NCBI GenBank assembly: GCA_030390025.1
Contig: CM059427.1
Span: forward strand, 189,038,001-189,102,000
Length of the DNA: 64,000 nucleotides
Reading direction: 5' to 3'
Origin: Squalus acanthias
Lineage: Eukaryota
This document shows positions 1-12,257 of this stretch, piece by piece. Within the stretch, counting starts at the first letter, position 1. Each line of letters opens with the position of its first letter. The position numbers and the translations under genes were made by a program. Under the pieces are notes generated by a model. That model was not told where the DNA came from. It did not search any database and saw only the letters and a list, made by a program, of their open reading frames with translations.

Positions 1-268
1 TGTTAAAAGAAGGCCTTGCGCCTCCTTTTTCAAAGTGTAACTTCTCCGTGCTTACCCTCATGGAGGAACCTGTAAAAAAACCCGAAGTGCGAGGCGAACG
101 CGCTGACCCTCCGGCGTGCGTGTTCGACCTCTGAACCCCTTCCTTCAGGGGAACGGAAGTGCCGGTTCCTCGCGCATGCGCAGCACATGCAAGAAACCGG
201 CACTTTTGTTCTGTCCACGGGAGAGTACACAGCGCGTACTCACCCGTGGCGAGCCTAATTTCTGCCCC
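1..268. mobile_element. Harbinger-type MITE (family M1), cut by window start
   Basis: Clear similarity to 42163-42429; ends in TIR-like aatttctgcccc. Confidence 0.75.
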
Positions 269-711
269 ATGGTTGTCCCGGATCACAGTGCTCTCCACAT
301 GCTGCAGTTGTGGCACACCATCTGCACTGCCATGCCTATATGACCTTGATTTATTTAATTACATTTTTTTAAATTTGTAATTAGGTAACTTAGTTTACAG
401 TGTAGTTTCCTGACTACTTACTTGATCTAGATTAAGTTAAGGGCACTGAAATTAAATATCTACCTGCAACAAAAAGCATCTAAGTAGTGTAGGAAAAAGC
501 AACAACTCCTTCCCTCCCTTCTCCGAATTCCCACTCTTTCCAAATTTCCAACCAAAGCATTCTGTTCAAGTCCACTCTATTTCATCCCGCTCTGTGCAGA
601 CCGCATGACTCTAAGCATGACGTGCTGATGGTTGACATGTATGACCACTTTATATGTAACAGTTTTATATTAATAACTCTTTAATATCTACTGTGAGGTA
701 ACTGCACTTAC

Positions 712-981
712 ATTGGTCCACAGAAAAATCTGCTTTTCCAGTGAGAATAATGGATCCAGCTTCCTGCACTTCACACGCGTACAACTCCTTATCCTCTACT
801 GCAACATGTTTGACTATCAGATAGACTGTGTTATTTAGTCGGATCTGATCAGTGTTGCTCCTGTTCTGCTGAGTTGACTCTCTCTTTTTCCATTGAAGAC
901 TGACTGTATCTGAGAGTTTGGAGATGGTACAGCTGAGTGTAACGTCACTGCCCACCAAAGGCTGCTGTGGACTTGACTCAA
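712..981 (-). CDS. IgSF C2-type domain exon of a CD4/LAG-3-like gene (proximal unit, second Ig domain)
   Basis: 270-nt phase 1-1 exon, ttttcacag|TTGAG ... CAAT|gtaagt; VESSPQQPLVGSDVTLSCTISKLSDTVSLQW...EDKELYACEV with B-strand Cys, C-strand Trp and F-strand YxC. Confidence 0.88.
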
Positions 982-1150
982 CTGTGAAAAACAGATCAAT
1001 AAGATTTTGTGTAAGTAGTGACATGTACAATCCAACAATTAGGTTCTAACTGACCATAGGATGTGCCCATCATCAGCACTTGTATCTTGCTTCATTAAAG
1101 AGTCAGGCCAGATTACACACAAGTGCATTTTAGCAGTAGAATAACACAGT

Positions 1151-1835
1151 GGGCCTGAAAATTCTAAGTCCTGCTCCACCAGCGTAAGTGAGGCAGAGCA
1201 GCACTGGTGACCTTTACCCCTGATCCTGTGGGGTCAGGTTAACGTTACAAGATTGGATGACATTTGGGGAAGCCGACACCACAATGGACAGGTGATGGAA
1301 TCTCACCAGAGGAGGGTGTGATGGAAATGTAGCGCCCATATTATCAGACATGGAGAAGGCTCCAGTCCCACTCTGTTCTCAATGTGCCTCGCACACTTCA
1401 GTAAGACCACCCAACACACGCACTGGGAGCCTGTGCACAAAATCCACGCCAAAAGTCATTACGTTATTGAAATGAGTGGGCTCCCAAAATGCTCCTGAGC
1501 AGGGCTCCAATCATTGAGCGTCCATGAGGAATGGCACTTCAGGAGAGGCTTGTTCTAAAAATGCCCCCCCTGACTTTCAGTCCCACTACAACATGACAAG
1601 TAAGAATCAAATCTTCAACAGGGACTTTAATTCCAATGTCAGGCCAAAATAATGGTGCCATCCATTAGCTGCTGGCGCCCAACACTCTGGTGCCCGACCC
1701 GTGTGACATTCCCCGTGTACCACGCACTATGTACCATGAGTGCCACTAACAAATGTAAATGAGTTGACTTTCTATTATGGTCATCTCATTCTGGTGCAGT
1801 TTGGGCCAACACCTCAGGAGCAATGGTCCAGGCCC
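1151..1835. mobile_element. Old Harbinger-like MITE
   Basis: gggcctg...caggccc termini; imperfect 3-bp flanks agt/aga. Confidence 0.45.
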
Positions 1836-2059
1836 AGATCATATTTTGTCCACTACGACATTTCAGGATTGGATTATAATTTGTATCAAGTACATTTGAC
1901 AGTAACCTCAGCCTCATTTAGATGTTACACACATCAACCAACCAGAAAGTGCAGCTGTTGAGCAGCATCCTTAGTTGGCAGAAACTAAAGATTTTGATTT
2001 ATTTATACTAAAGTTTTTTTAATGTTTTTGAGTAGATACAATGACCGGAATCTTAATTT

Positions 2060-2620
2060 TTTTTTAGTCGCTTATGGGATCTGGGCATGGCTGGCTAGGC
2101 CAGCATTTATTGCCCATCCCTAGTTGCCCTTGAGAAGGTGGTGGTGAGCTGCCTTCTTGAACCGCTACAGTCCATGTGGTGAAAGTACTCCCACAGTGCT
2201 GTTAGGGAGGGAGTTCAAGGAATTTGTCCGAGTAACGATGAAGGATCGGCGATATACTTCTAAATCAGGATTGTGTGTGACTTGGAGGGGATCTTGGAGG
2301 TGGTGGTGTTTCCATGTGCCTGCTGCCCTTGTCCTTCTAGGTGGAAGAGGTCACGGGTTTGGGAGGTGCTGCCGAAGAAGCCTTGGCGAGTTGCTGCAGT
2401 GTATCTTGTAGATGGTACACACTGCAGCCATGGTACGCTGGTGGTGCATCGAGTGAATGTTTAAGGTGGTGGATGGGGTGCCAATCAAGTGGGCTGCTTT
2501 GTCCTGGATGGTGTCGAGCTTCTTGAGTGTTGTTGGAGCTGCATTCATCCAGGCAAGTGGAGAGTATTTCATCACAGTCCTTACTTGTGCCTTGGAGATG
2601 TTGGAAAGGCTTTTGAGGCA
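2060..2620 (-). mobile_element. 3' fragment of a CR1/L2-group LINE
   Basis: RT C-terminal peptide VRTVMKYSPLAWMNAAPTTLKKLDTIQDKAA; 3' tail similar to 31660-31720 and 60190-60280. Confidence 0.7.
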
Positions 2621-2624
2621 GATA

Positions 2625-3384
2625 GGGAGTGGTGAGACCGAATTTAGCGACAGGGCCTGATCAACATTTAAAATCACTGTTTCCCGCCTGCAGCCAGCCT
2701 GAAGGAAAGGCTCGAATTTAAAGGCCAGGGACACCAGGCCACAGAGAGGAGGGAGTGAGGGAATGGTGGGGTTGTCGGAAGGCAGGCGTGGGGTATCGGA
2801 GGTCCGAGTTTGAGGTCGGAAGGCCGGAGGGGAGAGATCGGACAGCCAGAGTTCGGAAGTCGGAAGGCCAGAGGGAGTATTGGAGGAGGGCTGGAAAGCT
2901 GCAGGGGAGAATTCGGAAGGCCGAAGAGGGAATTGGAGATCAGAGAGAGGTCGGAAGGCCGGAGGGGAGGTCAGAAGGCTGGAGGGGTGATCAGAGATCG
3001 GAGGTCTCGTGGGGGGTTGTCGGAGGCCCTAGGGTAAGTTGGGGGGAGATAGGAAGGGTCGGGGTGGGGTGCCTGATAGCGGGCGGGTGGCGAGGCAGAA
3101 ACCCTGGATCCAGCAGTCCTCGTCACCCTTTAGCTGGCGGGTTCCCCGAGCCCACAGTTAAATTTAAAATGGTGGATCACTATGAGGCACCCAACCCCAT
3201 TAGAATATTTAAAGTGCAAACTCACCTCCTGGGAGCAGATTAGCTGCCCCCCCACCCTCGTCCCACCTCCGTTAAAACCAGAAGTGGGCGGGTTGGAGGC
3301 AAGTTGGGGCCAGGATTCAGATTTTTAACTCTAACATCTCACCCAACCTCAAGCGAACCATTTTTTGGGGTTAAAATTCCCCCA
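2625..3384. mobile_element. Harbinger-like MITE fragment
   Basis: GC-rich with short internal repeats; ends in TIR-like ggggttaaaattccccc; left boundary approximate. Confidence 0.4.
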
Positions 3385-3915
3385 GTGTATCTCTTTTCTC
3401 TGCCATGTTCTTCTTGCTTTCCTGAAGGTGTTAACTCCTTATCATAGTCCGAGTTCCAGGGACACTTGACATCCTCTGGGACTTCAACCAAGTGACACAT
3501 CTAACAGGTTCACTGGACAGCAATAAGGAGCAGTGATTCTGGCCAATCTTATTCCTGTCCCATCTTATTCCTGTCCCATCGCGCTGAGGCCTATTACTAC
3601 AAGGGATCTATTGGTTTGGTAACAGAATTCAGTACATCTGACAGAGAGTGTGCCACTGTACAGACCATAATACTCTCTGTGGGGTAGATTCCTCGGTATG
3701 ATATTTCTGGTGAAATTGTCGAAAAGTTTTTACTCATGTTGACCATTTCTGGAGAAACAATGAACAAAATCTTTCACCTGGTTGTTTTAATGAGAGATGC
3801 TCTCTGCACTGGGTGATATAAATCTCACATGATCCTGGCAATCTCTCATCATTACACATGAAATTATTTACGGAGAATCATTTTATTTTTCCTTTCTAGA
3901 CTTTATCCCACTCAC

Positions 3916-4257
3916 CTTTGATCCCAAATATTTCATATCGTTTCAGGATTTTATTACTCGGCTGTGTTTGAGTCAAGATGAACAATCCCGCAAGTTTAAA
4001 TGTGGGTTTTCCAATTCTCAGATTAATGGTACCACGATTCCATTTTATCTTCTCGGACAAGTCGCTATTTGTAAAGTCATTGTTCCATTGTGCACCCCAA
4101 CGATTCAAACTCCTTTTGTGAAAAGTAACCAGCCGCTGGATTTCTTGCCCTGAGTGTGGTTTCCATTCCCAGACAACAGGGCCATTCCCAGGATTGTCCG
4201 GTCCGTTTAATGGAATGTCATCTCCCTCATCCAAAAAATAAATATGATTTGGGTTTC
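3916..4257 (-). CDS. IgSF V-like domain exon lacking both canonical cysteines (proximal unit, first Ig domain)
   Basis: 342-nt phase 1-1 exon, ctaacag|GAAAC ... AAAG|gtgagt; open frame NPNHIYFLDEGDDIPLNGP..VVWEWKP..INLRIGKPTFKLAGLFILTQ..YEIFGIK; splices in frame to 712-981. Confidence 0.8.
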
Positions 4258-6378
4258 CTGTTAGAACGAGGAACAATGTAAGTATTTAAATATTTAAATT
4301 GCAACTCCTTAATCCCATAATTGTAATGATTAATATCGGAGTTCATCTATTTACTATCTATGGGAACCTGAGCATACATTCAGAAGGGAGAGAAGCAAAG
4401 CTGGAAACCGAAGGCAGAAAATTACTAAGCGAGTTTGGAAGGCAGTGGAAACAAAGGCTAGGAAAAAAGCAACAAAGGTTTTGGCAGTGCTTGCTGGTAA
4501 ATCCTTCAATGCAAGGAGTCCAGTGAATAAGGCAGATGAGCTGAGGCCACAGATAGACATAGATATCATAGATATTACTGAAACATGGCTTAAAGAAGGG
4601 CAGGAATGGTAACTCAACATTCTTGGTTATACAGTTTTCAGACAAATATTAACTGGGATAGAGTCAGTGTAAAAGGTATAGAGGGTGCAGAATTTTTAAA
4701 ATGCATTCAGAAGATCTTTTTTAGCCAGCACGTAGCTAGCCCAACAAGAGAGTTCTGGACTAAGTTTTAGGGAATGAAGCTGGGCAGGTGGAAGGGGATC
4801 AGTGGGGGAGAATTTTGTTGGTAGTGATCATAATTCAGTTAGATTTAACGTAGTTATGAAAAGGGACAAAGATAGACCAGGAGTAAAACTTCTCAATTGG
4901 AGAAAGGCCAATTTACTAAGCTGAGATGTGATTTAGCAAAAATGGAAACAGCTACTTGAAGGTAAATCAGTGTCAGAGTACTGGGAGGCATTCAAAGAGG
5001 AGATAGTCAGGATTCAGTGCAAATATGTTCCCACAAAGAAAAAGGGCGGGACTCCCAAATCTAAAGCTCCCTGGATGTCAAGGAGCATACAAGGTAGGAT
5101 AAGGAAAAAAAGGAAGCTTATGTCAGATACCAAGAGCTCAATACTGCAGAAAGCCCAGAGGAGGATAGAAAGTTCAGGGGTGAAATTAAAAAATAAATTA
5201 GGAAAGCAAAGAGAGGGCATGAAAAAGTATTGGCAAGTAAAATCAAGGAAAAACCCAAAGATGTTTTAGAGTAAGAGAATAACTAAGGAAAGAGTAGGGC
5301 CTAATAGAGACTAAAAATGGTAACCTATGTGTGGTGACGGAAGATGTGGGTATGGTTCTTAATAAACTTTGTGTCTGTCTTCACACAAGGGAGGGACGAT
5401 GCAGACATTGTAGTTAAGGAGGTGGAGTGTGAAATGTTAGATGGGATAAAATAGTGAGAGAGGAAATATTAAGGGGCTTAGCATCTTTGAAAATAGATAA
5501 ATCGCCACGCCCGGATGAAATGTATTCCAGGCTGTTAAGAGAAGAATGGGAGGAAATAGCGGAAGTTCTGACCATCATTTCCCGAACCTCTCTGGCTACA
5601 GTCATGGTGCTGGAGGACTGCTAACATTGTACCATTGTTTAAAAAGGGAGACAGGGATAGTCTGAGCAATTACAGACCAATCAGCCTAACCTCGGTGGGG
5701 GGAAATTATTAGAAAAAATGTATTTAGAAAGGCACAGATTAATCAAGGAGAGTCAGTGTGGATTTGTTGAGGGAAGGTCCTATCTGACTAATTTGATTAA
5801 ATGTTTTGAGGAGGTAACAAGGCGGATTAATGAGGGTAGCGTTTTGATGTAGTCAACATGGATTTAGCAAGACTTTTACAAGGTCGCACATGGCAGACTG
5901 GTCAGAAAAGTAAAATCCCATGGGATCCAAGGGAAAGTGGCAAGTTGGATCCAAATATGGCTCAGTGGCAGGAAACAAAGGGGAATGGGCGACAGTTGTT
6001 TTTCTGACTGGAAGGCTGTTTCCAGTGGGGTTCCACAGGGCTCAGTACCAGGTTTCTTGCTTTTTTGTGGTACATGTCAATATTTTGGACATCAGTGTCG
6101 GGGTCATGATTAAGAAATTTGCAGGTGATAAAAAATTGGCCGTGTAGTTGATAGTGAGGAAGAAAGCTGTAGACTGCAGGAAGATATCAATGGACTGGAC
6201 AGATGGGCAAAAAAGTGGCAAACGGAATTTAAACCGGAGAAGTGTGAGGTAATGCATTTGGGGAGGGCTAACAAGGCATGGGAATACACAATAAATGGTA
6301 GGACACTGAGAAGTGTAAAGGGACAGAGGGACCTTGGAGTGCATGTCTACAGATCCCTAAAGGTACCAGGACTGGTAG

Positions 6379-9300
6379 ATAGAAACATAGAAACATAGAA
6401 AATAGGTACAGGAGTAGACCATTCGGTCCTTCGAGCCTGCACCGCCATTCAATGCGTTCATGGCTGAACATGCTACCTCAGTACCCCATTCCTGCTTTCT
6501 CGCCATACCCCTTGATCCCCCTAGTTGTGAGTGTTATATCTAACTCCCTTTTGAATATATTTAGCGAACTGGCCTCAACAACCTTCTGTGGAAGAGAATT
6601 CCATAGATTCACCATCTCTGGGTGAAGAAGTTCCTCCTCAGCTCAGTCTTAAATGGCTTCCCCTTAATCCTTAGACTGTGACCCCTGGTTCTAGTTTTCC
6701 CTAACATTGGGAACATTCTGCCCACATCTAATTTGTCTAAACCAGTCAGGATTTTAAATGTCTCTATAAGATCCCCCCTCATTCTTCTGAACTCCAGAGG
6801 ATACAAGTTCAGTTGACCCAATCTTTCTTGATATGTCAGTCCGGCCATCCCAGGAATCAATCTAGTGAACCTTCGCTGCACTCCCTCAATAGCAAGAATG
6901 TCCTTCCTTAAGTTAGGAGACCAAAACTGCGCACAATACTCCAGGTGTGGCCTCACCAAGGCCCTGTACAACTGCAGCATCACCTCCCTACTCCTGTACT
7001 CAAATCCCCTTACTATGAAGGCCATCATTCCGTTTGCTTTCTTGACTGCCTGCTGCACTTGCCTTCCCACCTTCAGTGACTGATGTACCATGACGCCCAG
7101 GTCTCGTTGCACCTCCCCTTTCCCTAATCTGCCACCATTCAGGTAATAGTCCACCTCTCTATTTTTACCACCAAAGTGGATAACCTCACATTTATCCACA
7201 TTGTACTTCATCTGCCATACATTTGCCCATTCACCCAACCTGTCCAAGTCACTCTGTAGCCTCCTAGCATCCTCCTCATTGTTCACACTGCCTCCCAATT
7301 TAGTGTCATCCGCAAATTTGGAGATATTACATTTAATCCCTTCGTCCAAATCATTAATATATAATGTAAACAGCTGGGGCCCCAGCACCGAACCCTGCGG
7401 TACCCCGCTGGTCACTGCCTGCCATTCTGAAAAGTACCCATTTACTCCTACTCTTTGTTTCCTGTGTGCCAACCAGTTCTCAATCCACATCAACACATTA
7501 CCCCCAATCCCATGTGCTTTAACTTTGCTCACCAATCTCTTGTGTGGAACCTTGTTGAAGGCCTTCTGAAAGTCCAAATACACCACATCTACTGGTTCCC
7601 CCCTGTCCACCCTATTGGAAACATCCTCAAAAAATTCCAGAAGATTTGTCAAGCATGATTTCCCTTTCACAAATCCATGCTGACTTGGACCTATCATGTC
7701 GCCACTTTCCAAATGGTCTGTTATGACATCTTTAATAATTGCTTCCATCATTTTACCCACGACCGATGTCAGGCTGACCGGTCTATAATTCCCTGCTTTC
7801 TCCCTCCCTCCTTTTTTAAAAAGAGGGGTTACATTGGCCACCCTCCACTCCATCGGAACTGATCCAGAGTCTAAGGAATGTTGGAAAATGATCGTCAATG
7901 CATCCACTATTTCCAAGGCCACCTCCTTAAGTACTCTGGGATGCAGACCATCAGGCCCCGGGGATTTTTCAGCCTTCAGTCCCATCAATTTCCCCAATAC
8001 CTTTTCCCGACTAATAAGGATTTCCCTCAGCTCCTCCCTCTTATCAGATCCTCTGACCCCTTTTATTTCCGGCAGGTTGTGTGTGTCCTCCACAGTAAAC
8101 ACCGAACCAAAGTACTTGTTCAATTGAAAAGCCATTTCCTTGTTCCCCATTACGACTTCCCCTGTTTCCGACTGCAGGGGACCTACGTTTGTTTTTACTA
8201 ACCTCTTTCTTTTTACATATTTATAGAAGCTTTTGCAGTCCATTTTAATGTTATCTGCAAGCTTCCTTTCATATTTTATTTTCCCTGCCCTAATCAAACC
8301 CTTCGTCCTCCTCTGCTGAGTTTTGAAGTTCTCCCAGTCCCCGGGTTTGCTGCTACTTCTGGCCAATTTGTATGCAACTTCCTTGGTTTTAATACTATCC
8401 CTGATTTCCCTTGTTAGCCATGGTTGAGCCACCTTCCCTTTTTTATTTTTACGCCAGACCGGGAAGTACAATTGTTGTAGTTCATCCATGCGATCTCTAA
8501 ATGTCTGCCATTGCCCTTCCACTGATAGCCCCTTAAATATCGCTTGCCAATTTAACCTCGCCAATTCACGCCTCATACCCTCAAAGTTGCCCTTATTTAA
8601 GTTCTGGACCATGGTCTCTGACTTAACTGTTTCCTTCTCCATCCTAATGTAGAACTCCACCATACTATGGTCACTCTTCCCCAGGGGGCCTCGTACCACA
8701 AGATTGCTGATTAGTCCTTCCTCATTACACAACACCCAGTCCAGGATGGCCTCCCCTCGAGTTGGTTCCTCAACATATTGGTTTAGGAAACCATCCCTTA
8801 AACACTCCAGGAAATCCTCCTCCACCGTATTGCTTCCAGTTTGAGTAGCCCAATCTTTATGCATATTAAAGTCACCCATGATAACTGCCGTGCCTTTTTT
8901 GCACGCACCTCTGATTTCCTGTTTCATACCCTCCCCCACCTCACTACTGCTGTTTGGAGGTCTGTACACAACTCCCACTAACATTTTCTGCCCTTTGGTG
9001 TTCTGCAGCTCAACCCATATTGATTCCACATCCTCCAAGCTGATGTCCTTCCTAGCTATTGCATTAATCTCTTCTTTAACCAGCAATGCTACCCCACCCC
9101 CTTTTCCTTTTATTCTATCCTTTCTGAATGTTGAATACCCCTGGATGTTCAGTTCCCAGCCTTGATTGTTCTGGAGCCACGTCTCTGTAATCCCAATCAC
9201 ATCGTATCTGTTAACATCTATTTGCACAGTCAATTCATCCACCTTATTACGGATACTCCTTGCATTAAGACACAGAGCCTTTAGGCTTATTTTATTAACA

Positions 9301-9460
9301 TCCTTTGTCCTTTTAGACTTATGATTTAGTATGGCCCTTTGTGTTTCTTGCCTTTGTTTACTCGGCCTTCCCTATTGTTTCTCACCCTTCTAACATTTGT
9401 TTCTGAATGCATATTACTTCCCCCTGTTTTGCTACATAGGTTCCCCTTCCCCTGCCATAT
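6379..9460 (-). mobile_element. CR1 LINE, 5'-truncated, near-intact ORF2
   Basis: (TTTCTATG)n tail at 6379-6400; ORF2 6609-9242. Confidence 0.92.
6609..9242 (-). CDS. CR1 ORF2 (APE endonuclease + reverse transcriptase), frameshifted near the C-terminus
   Basis: ITETWL, GGGV, YRPP, GDFN, SDH endonuclease motifs; YRPVSLTS, GVPQGSVLGP, FADD RT motifs. Confidence 0.92.
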   Translation of the reverse strand: MDELTVQIDVNRYDVIGITETWLQNNQGWELNIQGYSTFRKDRIKGKGGGVALLVKEEINAIARKDISLEDVESIWVELQNTKGQKMLVGVVYRPPNSSSEVGEGMKQEIRGACKKGTAVIMGDFNMHKDWATQTGSNTVEEDFLECLRDGFLNQYVEEPTRGEAILDWVLCNEEGLISNLVVRGPLGKSDHSMVEFYIRMEKETVKSETMVQNLNKGNFEGMRRELARLNWQAIFKGLSVEGQWQTFRDRMDELQQLYFPVWRKNKKGKVAQPWLTREIRDSIKTKEVAYKLARSSSKPGDWENFKTQQRRTKGLIRAGKIKYERKLADNIKMDCKSFYKYVKRKRLVKTNVGPLQSETGEVVMGNKEMAFQLNKYFGSVFTVEDTHNLPEIKGVRGSDKREELREILISREKVLGKLMGLKAEKSPGPDGLHPRVLKEVALEIVDALTIIFQHSLDSGSVPMEWRVANVTPLFKKGGREKAGNYRPVSLTSVVGKMMEAIIKDVITDHLESGDMIGPSQHGFVKGKSCLTNLLEFFEDVSNRVDRGEPVDVVYLDFQKAFNKVPHKRLVSKVKAHGIGGNVLMWIENWLAHRKQRVGVNGYFSEWQAVTSGVPQGSVLGPQLFTLYINDLDEGIKCNISKFADDTKLGGSVNNEEDARRLQSDLDRLGEWANVWQMKYNVDKCEVIHFGGKNREVDYYLNGGRLGKGEVQRDLGVMVHQSLKVGRQVQQAVKKANGMMAFIVRGFEYRSREVMLQLYRALVRPHLEYCAQFWSPNLRKDILAIEGVQRRFTRLIPGMAGLTYQERLGQLNLYPLEFRRMRGDLIETFKILTGLDKLDVGRMFPMLGKTRTRGHSLRIKGKPFKTELRRNFFTQRW

Positions 9461-9991
9461 TAGATAAGGTGGTTAAGAAGGCATACGGGTTACTTTACTT
9501 TATTAGCCAAGGCATAGAATATAAGAGCAGGGAGGTTATGCTAGAACTGTATAAAACACTCGTTAGACCACAGCTAGAATACTGCATACATTTCTAGTCA
9601 CCACTTTACAGGAAAGATGTGATTGCACTACAGAGGGTACAGAGGTGATTTATGAGGATGTTGCCAGAACTGGAGAATTTTAGCTATGAGGAAAGATTGG
9701 ATAGGCTGGGGTTATTTTCTTTGGAACAGAGAAGGCTGAGGGGAGATTTTATTAATGTGTATCAAATTATGAGCAACCTAGATACAGTGGATAGGAAGGA
9801 CCTATTTCCCTTAGAAGAAAGGTCAATAACCAGGGGACAAAGATTTAAAGTAATTGGTAGAAGGATTAGAGGGGAGTTGAGGAGAACTCTTTTCACCCAG
9901 AGGGTGGTGGAGGTCTGGAATTCACTGCCTGAAAGTATGGTAGATGCAGAAACCCTCATCGCATTAAAAAATACTTGGATATGCACTTTAA

Positions 9992-10738
9992 GGGGCAAAT
10001 GAACTAGCGCCCGGGCGCGGCGCCGCCAACGCCTCCCGCGAAATTCTGCGGGAGGTTAGCGGCGGTGGTAACCATTAGCGTCCCGCGGTGCTGCACCACC
10101 GGCGATGATGTCATTGCCGTGCGCAGCGTCCCGCGGTGCTGCACCACCGGCGATGATGTCATTGCCGTGCGCAGCGCCCCGCTCCCGACCCAGCCGCGAT
10201 CTTCGTTAGCGCACCCTGACTTACCGCCGGACGCTATGTCTGACGGGGTCAGGGGGGCCTACCTGCGGCCGGGGCGGCGCTATTTAAAGCCGAGGTGCCG
10301 GGCGGCCATTTTTGTTGCTGGCCGCCTGCCAGCAGCTAGCTCCGCTGCCGTCCCCAGCCTCCTGACCCGCCCCCCCGTGGAGTGCCGGCTGCGCTCCATG
10401 TGCCCGGCACTTCTCTTGAGTGCCGGGCTCTTTTGCTGGCACTCCCGATCCTCGTAGGCCCAGCTGGGCTCCGGGTTGCGCTGCGCAAGGCTCCTCCCCT
10501 TTAAGAAGGGGAGGAGGACCTGCAATGCCGCGGCGCGACGTGCCGCAGCTCATGGCGTTGCTGCTCATGGCGCCGCAATGTTCCCTCGCAGCGCCCCAAG
10601 AGGGAGGTGAGGCGCTTCCAGTAGCGCTCCGTTTCCCTCTTGGGACTCTACCACTCAATTTTGGCCATGGGGGTGCTAGTTTTTCTGGGCCCTGGTGAAG
10701 TTAGCGGCCCAAAGGGAGCGCGACTAAATTTCTCCCCC
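9992..10738. mobile_element. GC-rich Harbinger-type MITE with TAA TSD
   Basis: taa|ggggcaaat...aatttctccccc|taa (9989-9991, 10739-10741); splits the CR1 3' end; internal 48-bp tandem duplication at ~10077-10176. Confidence 0.8.
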
Positions 10739-11519
10739 TAAGTGCCATAAACTGCAAGGCTACGGACCAAGAGCTGGAAAGTGGGATTCGGTCGGATCGC
10801 TCTTTTTCAGCCGGCACAGGTACGATGGGTCGAATGGCCTCCTTCTTTGCCATAAATTTCTATTATTCTCTGATTCTATGGTTTACAGTCATATTTTTAC
10901 ATTCAACTGATCATGTTGCCTTCACTTCAGGCACTATTACAGAGAAAAACAGAACAATTCCATTACATTCAGTTTATCTATTATAGAGTTATCAGAACAT
11001 TCATCATTGCTACAAAAAATAATCAAAATTAAGAGAGAGGACATGGATAATTCCAGGTTACAGTAAATAAAGGCTCCAAATCTCCTTGTGACTCCTGGTC
11101 TGCAGGGGGCATTATCAGGGTGGACAGGAGTTTAGGGAGAGAAATTGGGGCAGGATACGGTTATGTCAGGTTTCCACCCCGTTTGTCCTGTGACGGGGTT
11201 TCCCGAGGTGGGCGGGGATCAGCCAGTTCCTGAGTCCGCCCCCACCCCCTTGTCTGAAGAGACATGGGAAAGAGATAAACCAGCTCTTGGAAACTGACTT
11301 GCAGCCTCTTTCCACCAGGTGTTTTGCCTTATCTGTGAAAGGTGACAACTGTGGCTGTGACGGTGATGAATGCACTTTATGCGAATGCATTCCGATACTT
11401 CCAGGTGGCCTCTGGTGACATTGGGCCCATCATTCAGTCAATAGTTCATTGCTACCATTCACTGAACTGCATTTTCACGTACTTTCATTCCAAGGATATC
11501 AGTTAAGTAACAGTCATTG

Positions 11520-11780
11520 GATACTCAAGGATATTAGCGAGTTTCCCCTTGAATGCATCGATGCTAATCACCTCAACTACTCCCTGTGGTAGCAAGTCCC
11601 ACATTCCAACCACTCTCTGGGCAAAAAAGTTGCTCCTGAATTCCTTAATGGATTTATTCGTGACTATTTTATTTTTATGACCCCTAGTTTTTAACTCCCC
11701 CACAAGTGGAAACATCTTCTCTACGTCTACCCTGTCAAACCCCTTCATAATCTTAAAGAACTCTATTAGGTCACCCTTTG
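11520..11780 (-). mobile_element. CR1 3' fragment
   Basis: GDLIEFFKIMKGFDRVD...NFFAQRVVGMW. Confidence 0.8.
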
Positions 11781-12051
11781 CTATATGCAAGAGCAGATGG
11801 ATAGATGGATGGATAGAGTTATAGATGGATCGGGAAAGGGAGTTGAAGAGCAATGAGAAATATGTTAATATTTTTCATTTTATTAAGTTGCTCCATTGTT
11901 GCAATCTGAAAAGTGAAATCACACATCCTGTTTAAAGGAGCAGGGACATGAAATTAAAGACTTGCTTGCTGAATACTAGCTGGGTGAATTAATTAAACTC
12001 GATGATAAAGTAAAACACTATGAATGTGATTGGTGGAAATAAGGCACTTAC

Positions 12052-12139
12052 TTTGTGTGAAAACAGACGGAAGTCGAAACACAAAGAAACTGAACATCAA
12101 ACCAGCTGGCATTTTGCTGCAGAAAAATCGTAGCCTCAT
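12052..12139 (-). CDS. Signal-peptide (leader) exon of the proximal Ig gene; exon 12052-12161 including 5'UTR
   Basis: Acceptor tttcttacag| at 12161, ATG at 12139, MRLRFFCSKMPAGLMFSFFVFRLPSVFTQ, phase-1 donor A|gtaagt that joins in frame to 4257. Confidence 0.7.
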
Positions 12140-12257
12140 TTCACAGATTCCGTCTCTTTCCCTGTAAGAAATATCCATATAGATATAGATGTATATATAG
12201 CACCAGAAAACCACCAGAAGTAAAACCCAGGCACATTTCTTAAATATGTTTAACACT

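Larger units (their letters stand above)
4380..10880 (+). mobile_element. Degenerate CR1 LINE ORF2, interrupted by a younger CR1 (6379-9460) and a MITE (9992-10738)
   Basis: Frameshifted APE/RT peptides (ITETWL, KFAGDKK, DKVVKKAYG, FTQRVV); sequence resumes across both inserts; ttctatg-type tail near 10860-10880. Confidence 0.85.

Noticed and set aside
6865-9165. Short ORFs antisense to CR1 ORF2 (likewise for other LINE and Penelope copies)
   Set aside because: Shadow frames of the RT-coding strand
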